Positions 33,073 through 43,563 of a stretch of 64,000 nt of DNA are shown here, piece by piece. The translations under genes were made by a program, and so were the position numbers. The DNA is from a virus (lineage: Duplodnaviria > Caudoviricetes): IMG/VR virus record IMGVR_UViG_2907233695_000001, positions 1 through 64,000 of that record, one strand, 5' to 3'. The notes below the pieces were generated by a model, which searched no databases, was not told the DNA's origin, and saw nothing but the letters and a program-made list of their open reading frames with translations. Position 1 is the stretch's first letter. The number at the start of each line of letters is the position of its first letter.

Positions 33073-34578
33073 TTAATAATTTTTATCGTCATAAACAGTT
33101 GTCCAACCAACTTCTTTGAATGTATTGTTATTAAAATTAGGTTTTAGAACAAGAACTCGTTGACCAGTTTTATTATCCATCCCTCGCCTGTTCTTTGACG
33201 TGAATAATAAAATCCACTGCTCTCCTTTATCAAGAGTAAATTCCTCTTCCTTATATCCTCCCATAAATGGATCAGGAACATATCTGGTTACTTTCAATTC
33301 GTGCTTCCCACCAGTTAATTCATCATCCCATACAGTACGAGACATAAACATTACAGAAGCCTCATTTTTTATTTTTTTACTTTCACCAAGAGCATGTTCA
33401 TTTAAAAATCTACGGTTTAACGCAGAGTCGGATAATTGAACGTTGACCCACATTGCAAGGTTCAACCCTCCTCCGTTTGTTCTAGCCAATTTATAAAGTT
33501 CTTTGAAATCATCGGTCATAACTTCCCATCTTGCCTTATCGCTCATACCCTCGCTAGGCTTTCCGGTATCTACCAGAACTCTTCTGATTCCCCTAGCTGC
33601 ATAATGCTTAATCAATTTCTTAACATCATCAATGATGTAATTTTCCATAAAAACGAATGTGACAATTTTTTCATCACCTTCGCATAACTCTTTTACCCAA
33701 TCCGCTGCTTTTTTCAGTTTTTCATGTTCTTCATCCGTAAAATTACCCTCATTTAACCTTTGTCTTTGTATGGAAGACTTCGTTCCAACTCCCATCGCTG
33801 TTACATAGAGAAGCTTTTTAAACTCACTCAATGACTGCTCATTACAGATTACCAATAGTTTTTCTTTATGTTCGATACAAGACATAACAACCTTGTTAAA
33901 AACTATGCTCGTTTTCCCAGACCCCCCGAAGCCACCAAATATGTATACATTTCCATAGTCCCAACCTGTACAAATTCGCGTCATTTTCTCGCTTTGATAA
34001 AATGGAAGTCCTACAGCAGGATTTTGATCCCACTCCTCTACTGCATCCTCTAGCCCTTCTAGAAGATAATGTTCATCATATTTGTTATCACCATCCAAAG
34101 CTAATTGATTTAGCTTGTCATTCCAATATGTATGCAATTGCTCTTTAGTCATCTTTTTATAATTATATTTTCCATCTGACTCCAAAACTTTTTCACCAAA
34201 TAAATCAACTAAACTTTTAATCAAATTGTATTTTTTAATTTCATTATAGTGTGCATCTAAGTTATCCTCCTTCCCCTTTACTTCTTTCATCAACTCCTGA
34301 ATTGTTTCAGTCCCACCGTATTTTTCGTGATATTTATCCAATTTCATTTCTTGAATAATTTTAGCAACACTAATATCATCAAAAATAACAATTCCCTTAT
34401 TTGCTAACTCTCTTCCTAGTCCATAAAAATAGCCATAAACTTCATTTAAGAATGTTTTTGAGTTAATTTTCTCTTGAGAATAAAAATTATATAAATCTGG
34501 ATTATTCCAAAATAAAGCGGCAAGGTATCCTTCTGATACAACAACTTCTTTTTGTAATCTCTCTTTAATTGTTGTCAT
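33073..34578 (-). CDS. dnaB: Replicative DNA helicase (DnaB-like, SPbeta YorI-like)
   Basis: Walker A GFGGSGKT, NEQ, VLVDT, VQL, KNRRG. Confidence 0.85.
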   Translation of the reverse strand: MTTIKERLQKEVVVSEGYLAALFWNNPDLYNFYSQEKINSKTFLNEVYGYFYGLGRELANKGIVIFDDISVAKIIQEMKLDKYHEKYGGTETIQELMKEVKGKEDNLDAHYNEIKKYNLIKSLVDLFGEKVLESDGKYNYKKMTKEQLHTYWNDKLNQLALDGDNKYDEHYLLEGLEDAVEEWDQNPAVGLPFYQSEKMTRICTGWDYGNVYIFGGFGGSGKTSIVFNKVVMSCIEHKEKLLVICNEQSLSEFKKLLYVTAMGVGTKSSIQRQRLNEGNFTDEEHEKLKKAADWVKELCEGDEKIVTFVFMENYIIDDVKKLIKHYAARGIRRVLVDTGKPSEGMSDKARWEVMTDDFKELYKLARTNGGGLNLAMWVNVQLSDSALNRRFLNEHALGESKKIKNEASVMFMSRTVWDDELTGGKHELKVTRYVPDPFMGGYKEEEFTLDKGEQWILLFTSKNRRGMDNKTGQRVLVLKPNFNNNTFKEVGWTTVYDDKNY

Positions 34579-34588
34579 TTAAGCCTCC

Positions 34589-35155
34589 TTAAATAAAACT
34601 TGATATGTCATTATTTACTTCTTTCTTTTTGAATTCGACTTTTGTCTCAATCTTTTCTTGTGATTTATTTTTTTGAATTTCAGCCAACTCTTTTCTTCTC
34701 TTCTCATTGATGGCGTGATTCTTCGCATCTGCAAGATTATTTCTAACTATAGCTAATCCGTATTTTAATTCTGCTTGGAGATTCTTAAATCGAACAGTTT
34801 TTCTTGCTAGTCGAATCTTATCTTTGCAAAACTCAAGAGTGTATTCAATCCCTTCGTAAGGAATGCCATTTTTATAAGACTTCCCTAACTTTCCAAAGAG
34901 TTTAGAATCGTTTCTGATATCTTCGATATAAGGCCAGATTTGATGAGGAATCATTTGAATCGATTCTAGTTCATATATTTCCGCAATCTTTTCAGCAAGC
35001 TTATCCTTCTTATCGCGTTCTATTCTCTTGAATTCTTTATCTTTTATGTATTTCGGCAAACATTCTAAGTGTATGTATCCTTTTGGATGCTCCTTAGTCA
35101 TCTTTTCTTTTAAATCTTTTGCTTCACACCATTGGCATTTAACTTGTGCCAACAT
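34589..35155 (-). CDS. Zn-ribbon protein upstream of the helicase (YorH-like, possible loader/initiator); start corrected to 35155
   Basis: GGAGGTG RBS then ATG LAQVKCQWC...YIHLEC; position matches SPbeta synteny. Confidence 0.6.
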   Translation of the reverse strand: MLAQVKCQWCEAKDLKEKMTKEHPKGYIHLECLPKYIKDKEFKRIERDKKDKLAEKIAEIYELESIQMIPHQIWPYIEDIRNDSKLFGKLGKSYKNGIPYEGIEYTLEFCKDKIRLARKTVRFKNLQAELKYGLAIVRNNLADAKNHAINEKRRKELAEIQKNKSQEKIETKVEFKKKEVNNDISSFI

Positions 35156-35167
35156 CTCACCTCCCAT

Positions 35168-35212
35168 TTGCCACTCAATCAATATTCCATTATAATATAA
35201 GAACATATATTC
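35168..35212 (+). promoter_or_regulatory. SigA promoter TTGCCA-17-TATAAT with a LexA (Cheo)-like box at the start site
   Basis: -35 at 35168-35173, -10 at 35191-35196, GAAC-atat-ATTC at 35201-35212 (one mismatch to GAAC-N4-GTTC). Confidence 0.65.
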
Positions 35213-35228
35213 CCGTAAAGGTGATACC

Positions 35229-35612
35229 ATGACTAACAACCACGCAACTAACGAAGAGATGGAACTAATCAAGAAGCACATTATCCTTCCCTTGATGCTG
35301 GATGTAGTGCAGAAAAACATAGAGGATTTGAGCCTCAATCAGTCTACGCTTAAACCACTTTACATTGCTTCCTGCGAAGCCGTGATGAATCTAATCCATC
35401 AGGATATGGCAGAGAATAGAAAGTTGCTTAAACAAGCTAACATAAAGATATTTGATCGAGATCAATCCAAGTATCCTTTGTTCCACTATCCATACATGGT
35501 GCGAGGATACCATTTCACGTTTCAAATGCGCAGAGAGTTAATCAAGAGTGAGATGAGCACGATGCTCCCCAAGTATGTCAATCGCGTTATCCAAATTATG
35601 AATGGGCAATGA
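35229..35612 (+). CDS. YhjD-like protein
   Basis: EMELIKKHIILPLMLDVV...LKPLY...YMVRGY pattern recalls Bacillus YhjD; AAAGGTG RBS; own promoter. Confidence 0.6.
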   Translation: MTNNHATNEEMELIKKHIILPLMLDVVQKNIEDLSLNQSTLKPLYIASCEAVMNLIHQDMAENRKLLKQANIKIFDRDQSKYPLFHYPYMVRGYHFTFQMRRELIKSEMSTMLPKYVNRVIQIMNGQ

Positions 35613-35622
35613 AACCGAGATT

Positions 35623-35817
35623 TTAATGCAACTCAATCTTCTTAAATCTTGGTTTTGCACCATGTTCAGTCTCAACAAATCCGAAGAACATATCCTTTGG
35701 ACGTAGCCAAATGTTGCCACTTTCATTCTGATACACAACATATTCTTCTAGTGTTTCCGTATGTACGCCTTCACCAATGTATGTATAGATTCCACCTTTG
35801 TAATGCTGAAACTTCAT
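35623..35817 (-). CDS. DUF1653 family protein
   Basis: FQHYKGGIY...HTETLEEYVVY...WLRPKDMF...PRF. Confidence 0.85.
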   Translation of the reverse strand: MKFQHYKGGIYTYIGEGVHTETLEEYVVYQNESGNIWLRPKDMFFGFVETEHGAKPRFKKIELH

Positions 35818-35833
35818 ATTTTATCCTCCTATG

Positions 35834-35906
35834 TATAGATGATATAATCACTACCAAGATTTAACTCGGTAATGTGATTATATCATCTATAGTTTATTTT
35901 AAACAA
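35834..35906 (-). promoter_or_regulatory. 18-bp perfect inverted repeat containing a TATAAT -10 box
   Basis: TATAGATGATATAATCAC (35834-35851) / GTGATTATATCATCTATA (35874-35891); TTGTTT-18-TATAAT on the minus strand. Confidence 0.55.
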
Positions 35907-35925
35907 TACTTTTTCGTAATTTATT

Positions 35926-36456
35926 TTAACTAATTCTTAGATGCATTTTATCGGTAATGAGCTGCACACCCTCAATTTCTTTACCTGCTTTCAAATCCTC
36001 TAGGATGCTCTTATTATCGATTTTGTCAGGTTGAGGGATACGATAAGCCTCTGGGATTTTTGTCTCATCTACAACGCCAACAGATGGGTTGTTCTTTTGT
36101 AGTCTTGCAGTAAACTTACCAGCCTTAATCTTATCAATGCCATTTACCTCAAGAACACTTTGCGTATATGATTTCAGGCCATCAAACTTATTCTCCAGAT
36201 ACTTGCGCTTTTGAGCCAAACGTTTCTCTTCTTCTTTATACGCCTTAATATCCCCTTCGATATTCTTCATAAACTTGGCGATATTCTCAACCTTATTCTC
36301 CAATGCATCTTGAATGCCATCAAGAGTATCGATGAACATCTGCAAATCGTCTTCGGTCAAATCCTCTTGATCCAATGCAGCTTCAACAAATTCATTAAAT
36401 GCTCTGTACTGGTCAGCCAATGCGTAAAGTTGTGTCATATGTATACACTCTCCCAT
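35926..36456 (-). CDS. Siphovirus Gp157 family protein
   Basis: LYALADQY...DTLDGI..ALENKVENIAK..KN...EEKRL...QKNNPSV...IP...DNKSI...LKAG.EIEG. Confidence 0.85.
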   Translation of the reverse strand: MGECIHMTQLYALADQYRAFNEFVEAALDQEDLTEDDLQMFIDTLDGIQDALENKVENIAKFMKNIEGDIKAYKEEEKRLAQKRKYLENKFDGLKSYTQSVLEVNGIDKIKAGKFTARLQKNNPSVGVVDETKIPEAYRIPQPDKIDNKSILEDLKAGKEIEGVQLITDKMHLRIS

Positions 36457-36560
36457 TATTTATTTAATATTATTTATGTATTTTGCATTTAATTTATGTC
36501 GTTAAAATTACAATTTCATCGTAATTTACGTATTAAAAATTCCTTATAATCATTGATTTT

Positions 36561-37406
36561 TTAAACAGCCTCGTGGTGCAATTTTTTTAATCTCTCAACG
36601 GTTTTTTCACAATATCCTCGATCCTGTTCAATACATATCCATTTTCTATTGTTTATCTCTGCTGCAACAGCCGTAGTTCCACTACCGCTTGTATTGTCAA
36701 GAACAACATCTCCTTCACTTGTATAGGTTTTAACCAGCCACTCAAATAATTCAACAGGTTTTTGAGTTGGATGTAATTTGCCACTAGAGTTATGAACACA
36801 TTTTATGTATAACATTTCATTTTCAAGTTCTAATGCATCTAATGCATAAGCGTCTTCATAATCAATTACATCATCTGGCATAAGCCAATCACTTTGACGA
36901 TCTATGTATTCTTCTCTCTGCTTACCGTAATTTGTTGTCTTAGAGTTTGTCTTATTCCCTGATTTAACTTGAAATGTTCTTGGAATCTGCTGCGGATTAT
37001 AAGTTGGAGGATTTTTATAAAATACAACAATATCCTCAAATGCACCCATCGGCATTTTCCTAGCATTGAGATTTCCTGTTTTTAAATTTTTGCGCCACAC
37101 CATACAATATTTGAATAGTTTTTGGTTACTCATTATAAGCATACTTGTAAATGGTTGTTTACCAGTTAAAACGATTGCTCCGTTATCAGCAATGATTCTC
37201 TCGTACTGTTCCCAAAGTTTGTTAAAAGGAATGACTTCATCCCATTTATTTTGAGTTGTACCGTATGGAAGGTCAGCCAAGATTAGATTAATCGATTTTT
37301 CTGGTAATTTAGACATTTCTTCAATAGTTTCACCATTTAAGAGCATACCAAATTTATTGTAATAGAAACTTTGTTTTGCCAGTTCTCCTAATTTGATAAA
37401 TATCAC
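36561..37406 (-). CDS. Orphan beta-class N6-adenine/N4-cytosine DNA methyltransferase
   Basis: Motif IV variant ADLPYG, HPTQKP, motif I VLDNTSGSGTT; no adjacent restriction gene. Confidence 0.9.
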   Translation of the reverse strand: MIFIKLGELAKQSFYYNKFGMLLNGETIEEMSKLPEKSINLILADLPYGTTQNKWDEVIPFNKLWEQYERIIADNGAIVLTGKQPFTSMLIMSNQKLFKYCMVWRKNLKTGNLNARKMPMGAFEDIVVFYKNPPTYNPQQIPRTFQVKSGNKTNSKTTNYGKQREEYIDRQSDWLMPDDVIDYEDAYALDALELENEMLYIKCVHNSSGKLHPTQKPVELFEWLVKTYTSEGDVVLDNTSGSGTTAVAAEINNRKWICIEQDRGYCEKTVERLKKLHHEAV

Positions 37407-40102
37407 CTCAAAGTTATTGTTTAATTAAGATAAAATCATGTTTTCGTGGGCTTTTCTGTTTTGAAAAACCCTTATAAATGCTGAATTTTTAACACATGTC
37501 TACCACGGTCAAAACTTTCCTCAAGTTGTCTTTAAACTCATCTAGTGTGTAATAAAAAGCAGTATAATCATTTCCATGGTTCTCAAAATGACACACAACC
37601 CACTTGGGCAAATTTTCAAATTTGTGTTTATGTGCATGGCTCAACCAAGACATCCATGTATTATCATCGGCATTTCCTGAGTGCAACTGCTCATATAGTT
37701 CAACCTGTGTTTCATCTTCAAAATAAACTAATTTAATTTGCTTGTTGTAAGCAGGGAAGTAATCAGAGATGTCAATTTGATTGATAAGATTAAGTGTCTC
37801 GTGAACTAATGCATCTTCTTCTCTTTCGAATTCTCTTCCATCTGCTGTGACAAAAATTTCTTTCTCTTGCATCTGCTCAACTTTTACAGGAACTTGCTTC
37901 ATGATCTTTTCCATTCTATATTCTCCTCCTCTTAATCAGCCACAGCATAAGCATGTTCGCACTCAGCCGTTTCAACTCTATCCTTACACTTGCAACCATT
38001 ACCTTTCTCGCAGTCCCAATACACTCTCCTGTTCCCACAGTCGCAGCGACTATCTACCCCATCCCAACCTCTACAATCTTCACATTTATCATCACCAGCA
38101 AAATCAAACCAAACTTCATTGTTATCCATTGGTTATACATTCTCCTTTGCATATGTATATAAATGTTCGCTTATGTAAATAATTTTAATGCATCGAAGAA
38201 CTTGCTTCCCTTCCGAAGAGTCTGCCATTGGGTGGACTCTTTTTCATGAGGAAATGCTGCTTTTATCAACTTTCAAGTTCATTAAGAAGATATCTAAACT
38301 CGGCTAATTTTGTACAATAAAATTCATATTTCTGTTGCGCTAACTCATATTTATGCTTATGTTCTATTCGTTCTTGATCAAAATTAGCAACACATTTTTC
38401 ATAACTATTAATATATTTTTGTAAATTGGCCTTGGTTGATTCAATGCTCATTTTAGAATCCCTTCCTTATAAATTCTTTATTGCGAATAAAAATTACTGA
38501 ACTTGTCTTCGATTGATTTAAGCTTATTCATAACAATTCGCAAGTCCTCTTCGATTTCTTCTTTAAACCTCTCAATACTACCGTCATAAAAGTATAAATC
38601 GGCAGATAAATCAGTTGCTTTACATTTGAGTCTATGGTACTCATGCAAATATTCAATGGCCTGATTTTTCATATTTCACCCTTTGAAATCCAAGTTTATT
38701 GTAAATCACTTTTGTTACAATACTCATGACAACTTTCTGCCTCTGTTAAGAAGTCGCCTATTGGTTTATTAAATTCCCCACAATAAATCATGTATATTTT
38801 TTCTTTGACATCACTACTTCTAACCTCGCACCATCCATCTGTATGAATACATCTAGTGCATGATTTTTCATTGTCCCAATTAGGGAATAACTCTTTAACT
38901 TTCGAAACCAATTCCTCCCAATCTTTTCCCACCTCGGCGCACTCCATTCGAAATACAGATTTATTTGCTTAAATACTCAGTATATCTATTTGAATTTGCA
39001 GCAAAATCATACAATACATCGACAAACTTGTCTGCGTTTTGATTGCCGCTATCGTAAGCAGCGTTCACAATTCTCCATAGATCAATCGCATCTTCTAAAG
39101 ACATTGTAAGTGTGAATTCTGGCTTAACTGGCTTCGTTGTTTCATTTAACTCCATGCATCATTCTCCCATTGAAATAAGATTTTTATTTGCCTTTTCATT
39201 CTGGTTGCATAGAAATAAAGTAATTATCTAAATCATCAATATGTTCCATTTCCTCTAAGTTACCATTGTCTTTTGCAGAATAATAACCTCGCTCCAATAA
39301 TTTACGAAGTAGATGATAATCCTTTTCGGTAATTTCAATTTGTAATGTTTTCATTTTTAACCTCCCTATGAAAGAAGAATTTTAATTTATTTTCTTTCGA
39401 TAACATTTGCGGCATATGTTTTAGGGTAAGCCCCAATTTTACCTAGAGCTTTTAAAATAATGTCCTTTTCAGTGGAATTTTCTTCAATTTCAACCTCTAC
39501 AACTTTAGATGCTTTCATGAATGGATTTGGTACATAAACACCAAAGTAAAAATAAACATCATACGTTTTTATTTTCATCATCCTCCAAATACTTCTCCAA
39601 TGCCCACTGAAGATGCTGCGACTTAGTTTGGTACTCCACTCTACTCATACGAATGTCATGGAGCACCTTCTTTATGTCCTTACCCTGTCTCATTATTTCA
39701 TTAACCATATCATCAATCTCATTTTTGTTTATGTATTCAATTACTTTGTTTATGTTTATCAACACCAGTTCTCAACTTGAAGTGTTCTTCACCTTTGACT
39801 TCCTGTTCAGTGGATCGTCTACATCTTAAGCAGCGGTTCAAATGTTCGCTTGCATATAGTTCAACTTCGTGGCCTTCAAATGCACAGTGGATACAGGTCT
39901 CTTTAGTTATGGCTTCTCAACTCCCTCAATTGCTCAAGTGCCTTCAGTTGATCTTCGAGCGAGTATTTGCCGAGGAGAGTTGCAAGCTCAGATAGAACAT
40001 CATCAAATTTTTCTTCTGGGATTGAATGAATCAGTTCTTTAAAATTCGATAATGACTCTTTCGGTTCCATGTTATCAACTCCCGTTGAAAGCATTGTTTG
40101 AT

Positions 40103-40900
40103 TTAGAACATAATAGCACTTGAAATACTCTCTACAGTCTTCAAAACGTCATTTTTTTCACGTAATACATGAGCATTAAATTTGCTATTTTGAACATTTC
40201 GATATGCGCTCATAATTGTACTGCTTCGACTATATTGATTGATTTCAACATATTCGAACTGATTTACTTTGTTCAAGATATCCTTTAATACACGAACAGA
40301 TACATCATTGTCGCTCGTAAGATTATCGCCATCACTATATTGGAATACATAGATATCTTGATTCTCATAATCAATATAGTTAATGCGTTCATTTGCTTTA
40401 TTTAGGCCAGAGGAGATAATAGTCCCACCTGATTCGCCTTTTACAAAGAATACATCTCTATGTACTTCTTGCGCTTCGGTATGGTGAGAAATAAACCTAT
40501 GGTTAACTTTCTCATACTTTAGTTCAATTAATTTTTCAGTCCACAATGACACGCATTGGCTCAAATACTTTTCAAATGATCCCATAGAACCAGAAGAGTC
40601 AATAATGGAGATAATCGTTGCAGATTTTTTCTTGGTGATTGGAGTAACAATATTCAATTTGTTTTTTAGTGCTGTAAATATAGATTCTACATTTTCATTT
40701 CCGATAATTACATATTCGTCTGCCAGTGAATACTTCAGATCAGTAGTTGTAATAATATTGCTTTGCATACGTTTTAGGATTTCATTTTTCATATCTTCGA
40801 CTTGTCTGTGAAGTTGTGGCTCTTTATCGAAAGCAGCTCTACCAAATGATTTTGCAAAATCCTCTAGAAGTTTCTTGTTATCAATTGTATTAAGTTCCAT
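40103..40900 (-). CDS. YhbH/YeaH (DUF444) C-terminal vWA-like domain with an unrelated N-terminus
   Basis: IIDSSGSMGSFEKY, FISHHTEAQEV, FFVKGESGGTIISSG, IYVFQYSDGDNLTSDN; ATG 40900 with AAGGAG RBS. Confidence 0.85.
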   Translation of the reverse strand: MELNTIDNKKLLEDFAKSFGRAAFDKEPQLHRQVEDMKNEILKRMQSNIITTTDLKYSLADEYVIIGNENVESIFTALKNKLNIVTPITKKKSATIISIIDSSGSMGSFEKYLSQCVSLWTEKLIELKYEKVNHRFISHHTEAQEVHRDVFFVKGESGGTIISSGLNKANERINYIDYENQDIYVFQYSDGDNLTSDNDVSVRVLKDILNKVNQFEYVEINQYSRSSTIMSAYRNVQNSKFNAHVLREKNDVLKTVESISSAIMF

Positions 40901-42025
40901 GTTATTTCTCCTTTTTTTATGTATTAAAGGTTTATTTATCTTCGATTCCGTCAATTTCTATATAATATAACCTTGATAACAAACTTTTGGGGTCTTTACC
41001 TCCTACTTTTCCGGTTAAAATCTACCTTTCATTTCCAATAAATGATTGGATTAGCCCAAAAATGAATCATTTGTCTAATTGATTTATTTATCACTTCTTT
41101 TGTTTCTTCAGTTAGATTGTCTTGCTTAAGCAAATTCAAGAAATAATCCATTTCCTCTTTAAAATTATCCCAAGTTTTTAATTTAACTTCTTCCAATTCC
41201 ATAGGTGTAGTAATTAATTGTGATGGCAATGCTATATCTTGTTCCAATAACTTCACCTCGATTCCAATCAAATTTGCCTTTCAAAGGTATTTATCAATGA
41301 ACCATTGACATCCAAAAGAGAACATGGCTATGGAAACTATTAAAACTTTTTCAACTCTAAATTGAGTTTGTTCCACTATTCCATAAGAGATTCCAAACAT
41401 TAAGGATGACCAATTCCACTCTGCAAACAAATTTACATTCTTAGTCATTCTTTCCTCCGTATTCATTTCATCTATTGTAATTCCAATTTATATAATTAAT
41501 TTCTAAATGTCCTAACGATAAAGTCCAATCAAGACAAGAATCGATTCCTTTTCTTGCTCCATTCGTACTAATCCCCCATTGTGCTTCCGTGTTGGCATCA
41601 GAATCATCTGGATATAGCCGTTTATTTTCTTTTCTGATTCCACGAAACCACGATATATTTAAAGTTCTTGTGTTCTTTTTCCACCACAATTCAAAAATTC
41701 TCATTTTCATCTCCCTCATAAAATTCGCTTTTCAACGGTTTTTCAACTCGTCAATTTCATTCTGCTGGTCTTCGATTATCCTCTTTAACCTATCAATGAA
41801 TAACTCTTTACCGACCATCAATTCATTTACTCTGTTCGTCTGTGATTTAAGACGCTTAATCTCTTCTTCGTACCACATGTCATTATTCTTTACTTTTCCA
41901 AGTGTATAATTTACTTTATCTGCTGCAAGAGATGCGATATGATCCATCTGTTCATTACTTAACGTAACATTAAAACTTAAACCCTTCAGAGTACATCACC
42001 TCACTTTCCTCAAGAAAGTTCCATT

Positions 42026-42298
42026 TTATCCAATTACTCGATACCTCGTATAGTGCTCATGAACTTCTGGCTCTAGAATTTTTTCATCGACCATTCGATT
42101 GATCAAGCGCTCTCCCTGTTTATAGCCTACTCTACAAGTCCTTTGTAATAACGATACAGAAGCGTATGCCTCATTCTCCGGATGGCTCTCTTTGGCTTTT
42201 ATTACAGCAGCTACAGCAAGAGGATATTTTTCTTCTTCCTGTTGTCTAAGAAATGCTTCCCATCTTTCATTTTCTTCTTTTTTTGGCTTCTTAGCCAT
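42026..42298 (-). CDS. Stand-alone FtsK/SpoIIIE gamma (winged-helix) domain protein
   Basis: ASVSLLQRTCRVGYKQGERLINRMVDEKILEP matches the gamma consensus ASxSxLQRxxRIGYxRAxRLIxxxExxGIV; 90 aa. Confidence 0.75.
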   Translation of the reverse strand: MAKKPKKEENERWEAFLRQQEEEKYPLAVAAVIKAKESHPENEAYASVSLLQRTCRVGYKQGERLINRMVDEKILEPEVHEHYTRYRVIG

Positions 42299-42329
42299 TA
42301 AGTTTATGCCTCCTCATAAAAGTCCAATT

Positions 42330-42716
42330 TCAAACCCATTCCATCAACTCTCGAACAGTAGGAATATCGGCCTCAAGAAAATCATACATCCAAAGTTCAT
42401 CTCTCTTAATCCAAGCTAAAGCTTCATGTTCGTAAAGTACTGGTTTACCCAATTCGATATCGCACATATATGTAAGCAATCGAATGTTGTCGTGTTGAAC
42501 ATCTTTTACCATATCACCGACTTTTACTTCGCATCCAATCTCTTCGATTACTTCTCTCCGCAAAGCTTCTTCAGGGGTTTCGTCTTCTTCAACTTTCCCA
42601 CCAATAAACTCCCATTTGTTATATTTATATCGCTTACCACATAAAAATCTGTCAGTATCGCTGTTATAGATTACTGCTCCGACAACTAATTGCATTTTGT
42701 CACTTCCTAATATCAT
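42330..42716 (-). CDS. Nudix hydrolase (MutT/NudG-like)
   Basis: WEFIGGKVEEDETPEEALRREVIEEIG Nudix box. Confidence 0.9.
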   Translation of the reverse strand: MILGSDKMQLVVGAVIYNSDTDRFLCGKRYKYNKWEFIGGKVEEDETPEEALRREVIEEIGCEVKVGDMVKDVQHDNIRLLTYMCDIELGKPVLYEHEALAWIKRDELWMYDFLEADIPTVRELMEWV

Positions 42717-42722
42717 TGGGGT

Positions 42723-42768
42723 TTAACTTCCATACTCCTGAAACACATCTCGTCTACCGCGTTTATAA
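42723..42768 (-). repeat. Diverged 46-bp duplicate of the 3' end of gene 43267..43563
   Basis: Encodes YKRGRRDVFQEYGS* versus YKKGRRDIFQEYGK* at 43267-43312; gapless alignment. Confidence 0.85.
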
Positions 42769-42770
42769 AT

Positions 42771-43277
42771 TTATACGGTCTCTCTATTGACATGCTTCCA
42801 TGTTATCCCTAGTCTAATTTTTGATATTGCATCAGCTATTACACCGTACTTCCTTCCTAAATCTGCATTCGTGCTGGATTTATCTTTGAGTATTTCAAGC
42901 ACATGCTCTTCGGTTAATTTAGAAGTGTGTACCTTTTCTCCTTTTGCTTGTCTATTTCTTTCAACTTTATCACGCACATTGTCTCCTTGCGTTCCCAATA
43001 TTAAGTGTTCTGGGTTAATACATTTTGGATTATCGCAAGTGTGCCTTACCACCAACCCTTCTGGAACTTCGCCAAATAATTCATTGTAAATGAATTTGTG
43101 CATTACGGAAACTTTTTTGTCGAACCAATACCTTATATGACCGCCGCTTTCTTCACTGCTGGCGTAATGTGAAGTACAAACAAAACACCCATTGTCATCA
43201 ATGATAAATTCTATGGGTTTCCTCTTAAAACGACCATCATCTTTCATTTTCCCTTTATTTTCTTGATTATTTTCCAT
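42771..43277 (-). CDS. Free-standing HNH homing endonuclease (start corrected to ATG 43277)
   Basis: VVRHTCDNPKCINPEHLILGTQGDN; C-terminal HTH. Confidence 0.88.
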   Translation of the reverse strand: MENNQENKGKMKDDGRFKRKPIEFIIDDNGCFVCTSHYASSEESGGHIRYWFDKKVSVMHKFIYNELFGEVPEGLVVRHTCDNPKCINPEHLILGTQGDNVRDKVERNRQAKGEKVHTSKLTEEHVLEILKDKSSTNADLGRKYGVIADAISKIRLGITWKHVNRETV

Positions 43278-43563
43278 ATTCCTGAAATATATCTCTCCTA
43301 CCTTTTTTATAATCTTGTAGTGGATCATCAACTTTTTTACCCCACTTAAACTTACCAGAATGGTCACAGACGGACTTTCTTGACTCAACACGGTAGTCAG
43401 TGCCTTCTGGGAGGATATCAGTCCAATATGTATCTCCTAGCTCTTCAAGCAATTCCACAAATTTATGCTGCCAATCTTCAGGCATGGATTGTAATACACT
43501 TCGAGGAATGGTTAAGTATTGAGCATATGTAAGGCCAAACCACAAATGGATGTCTTTCTTCAT
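43267..43563 (-). CDS. Conserved phage hypothetical protein (probable HNH target gene)
   Basis: IHLWFGLTYAQYLTIPRSVLQSMPEDWQ. Confidence 0.7.
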   Translation of the reverse strand: MKKDIHLWFGLTYAQYLTIPRSVLQSMPEDWQHKFVELLEELGDTYWTDILPEGTDYRVESRKSVCDHSGKFKWGKKVDDPLQDYKKGRRDIFQEYGK

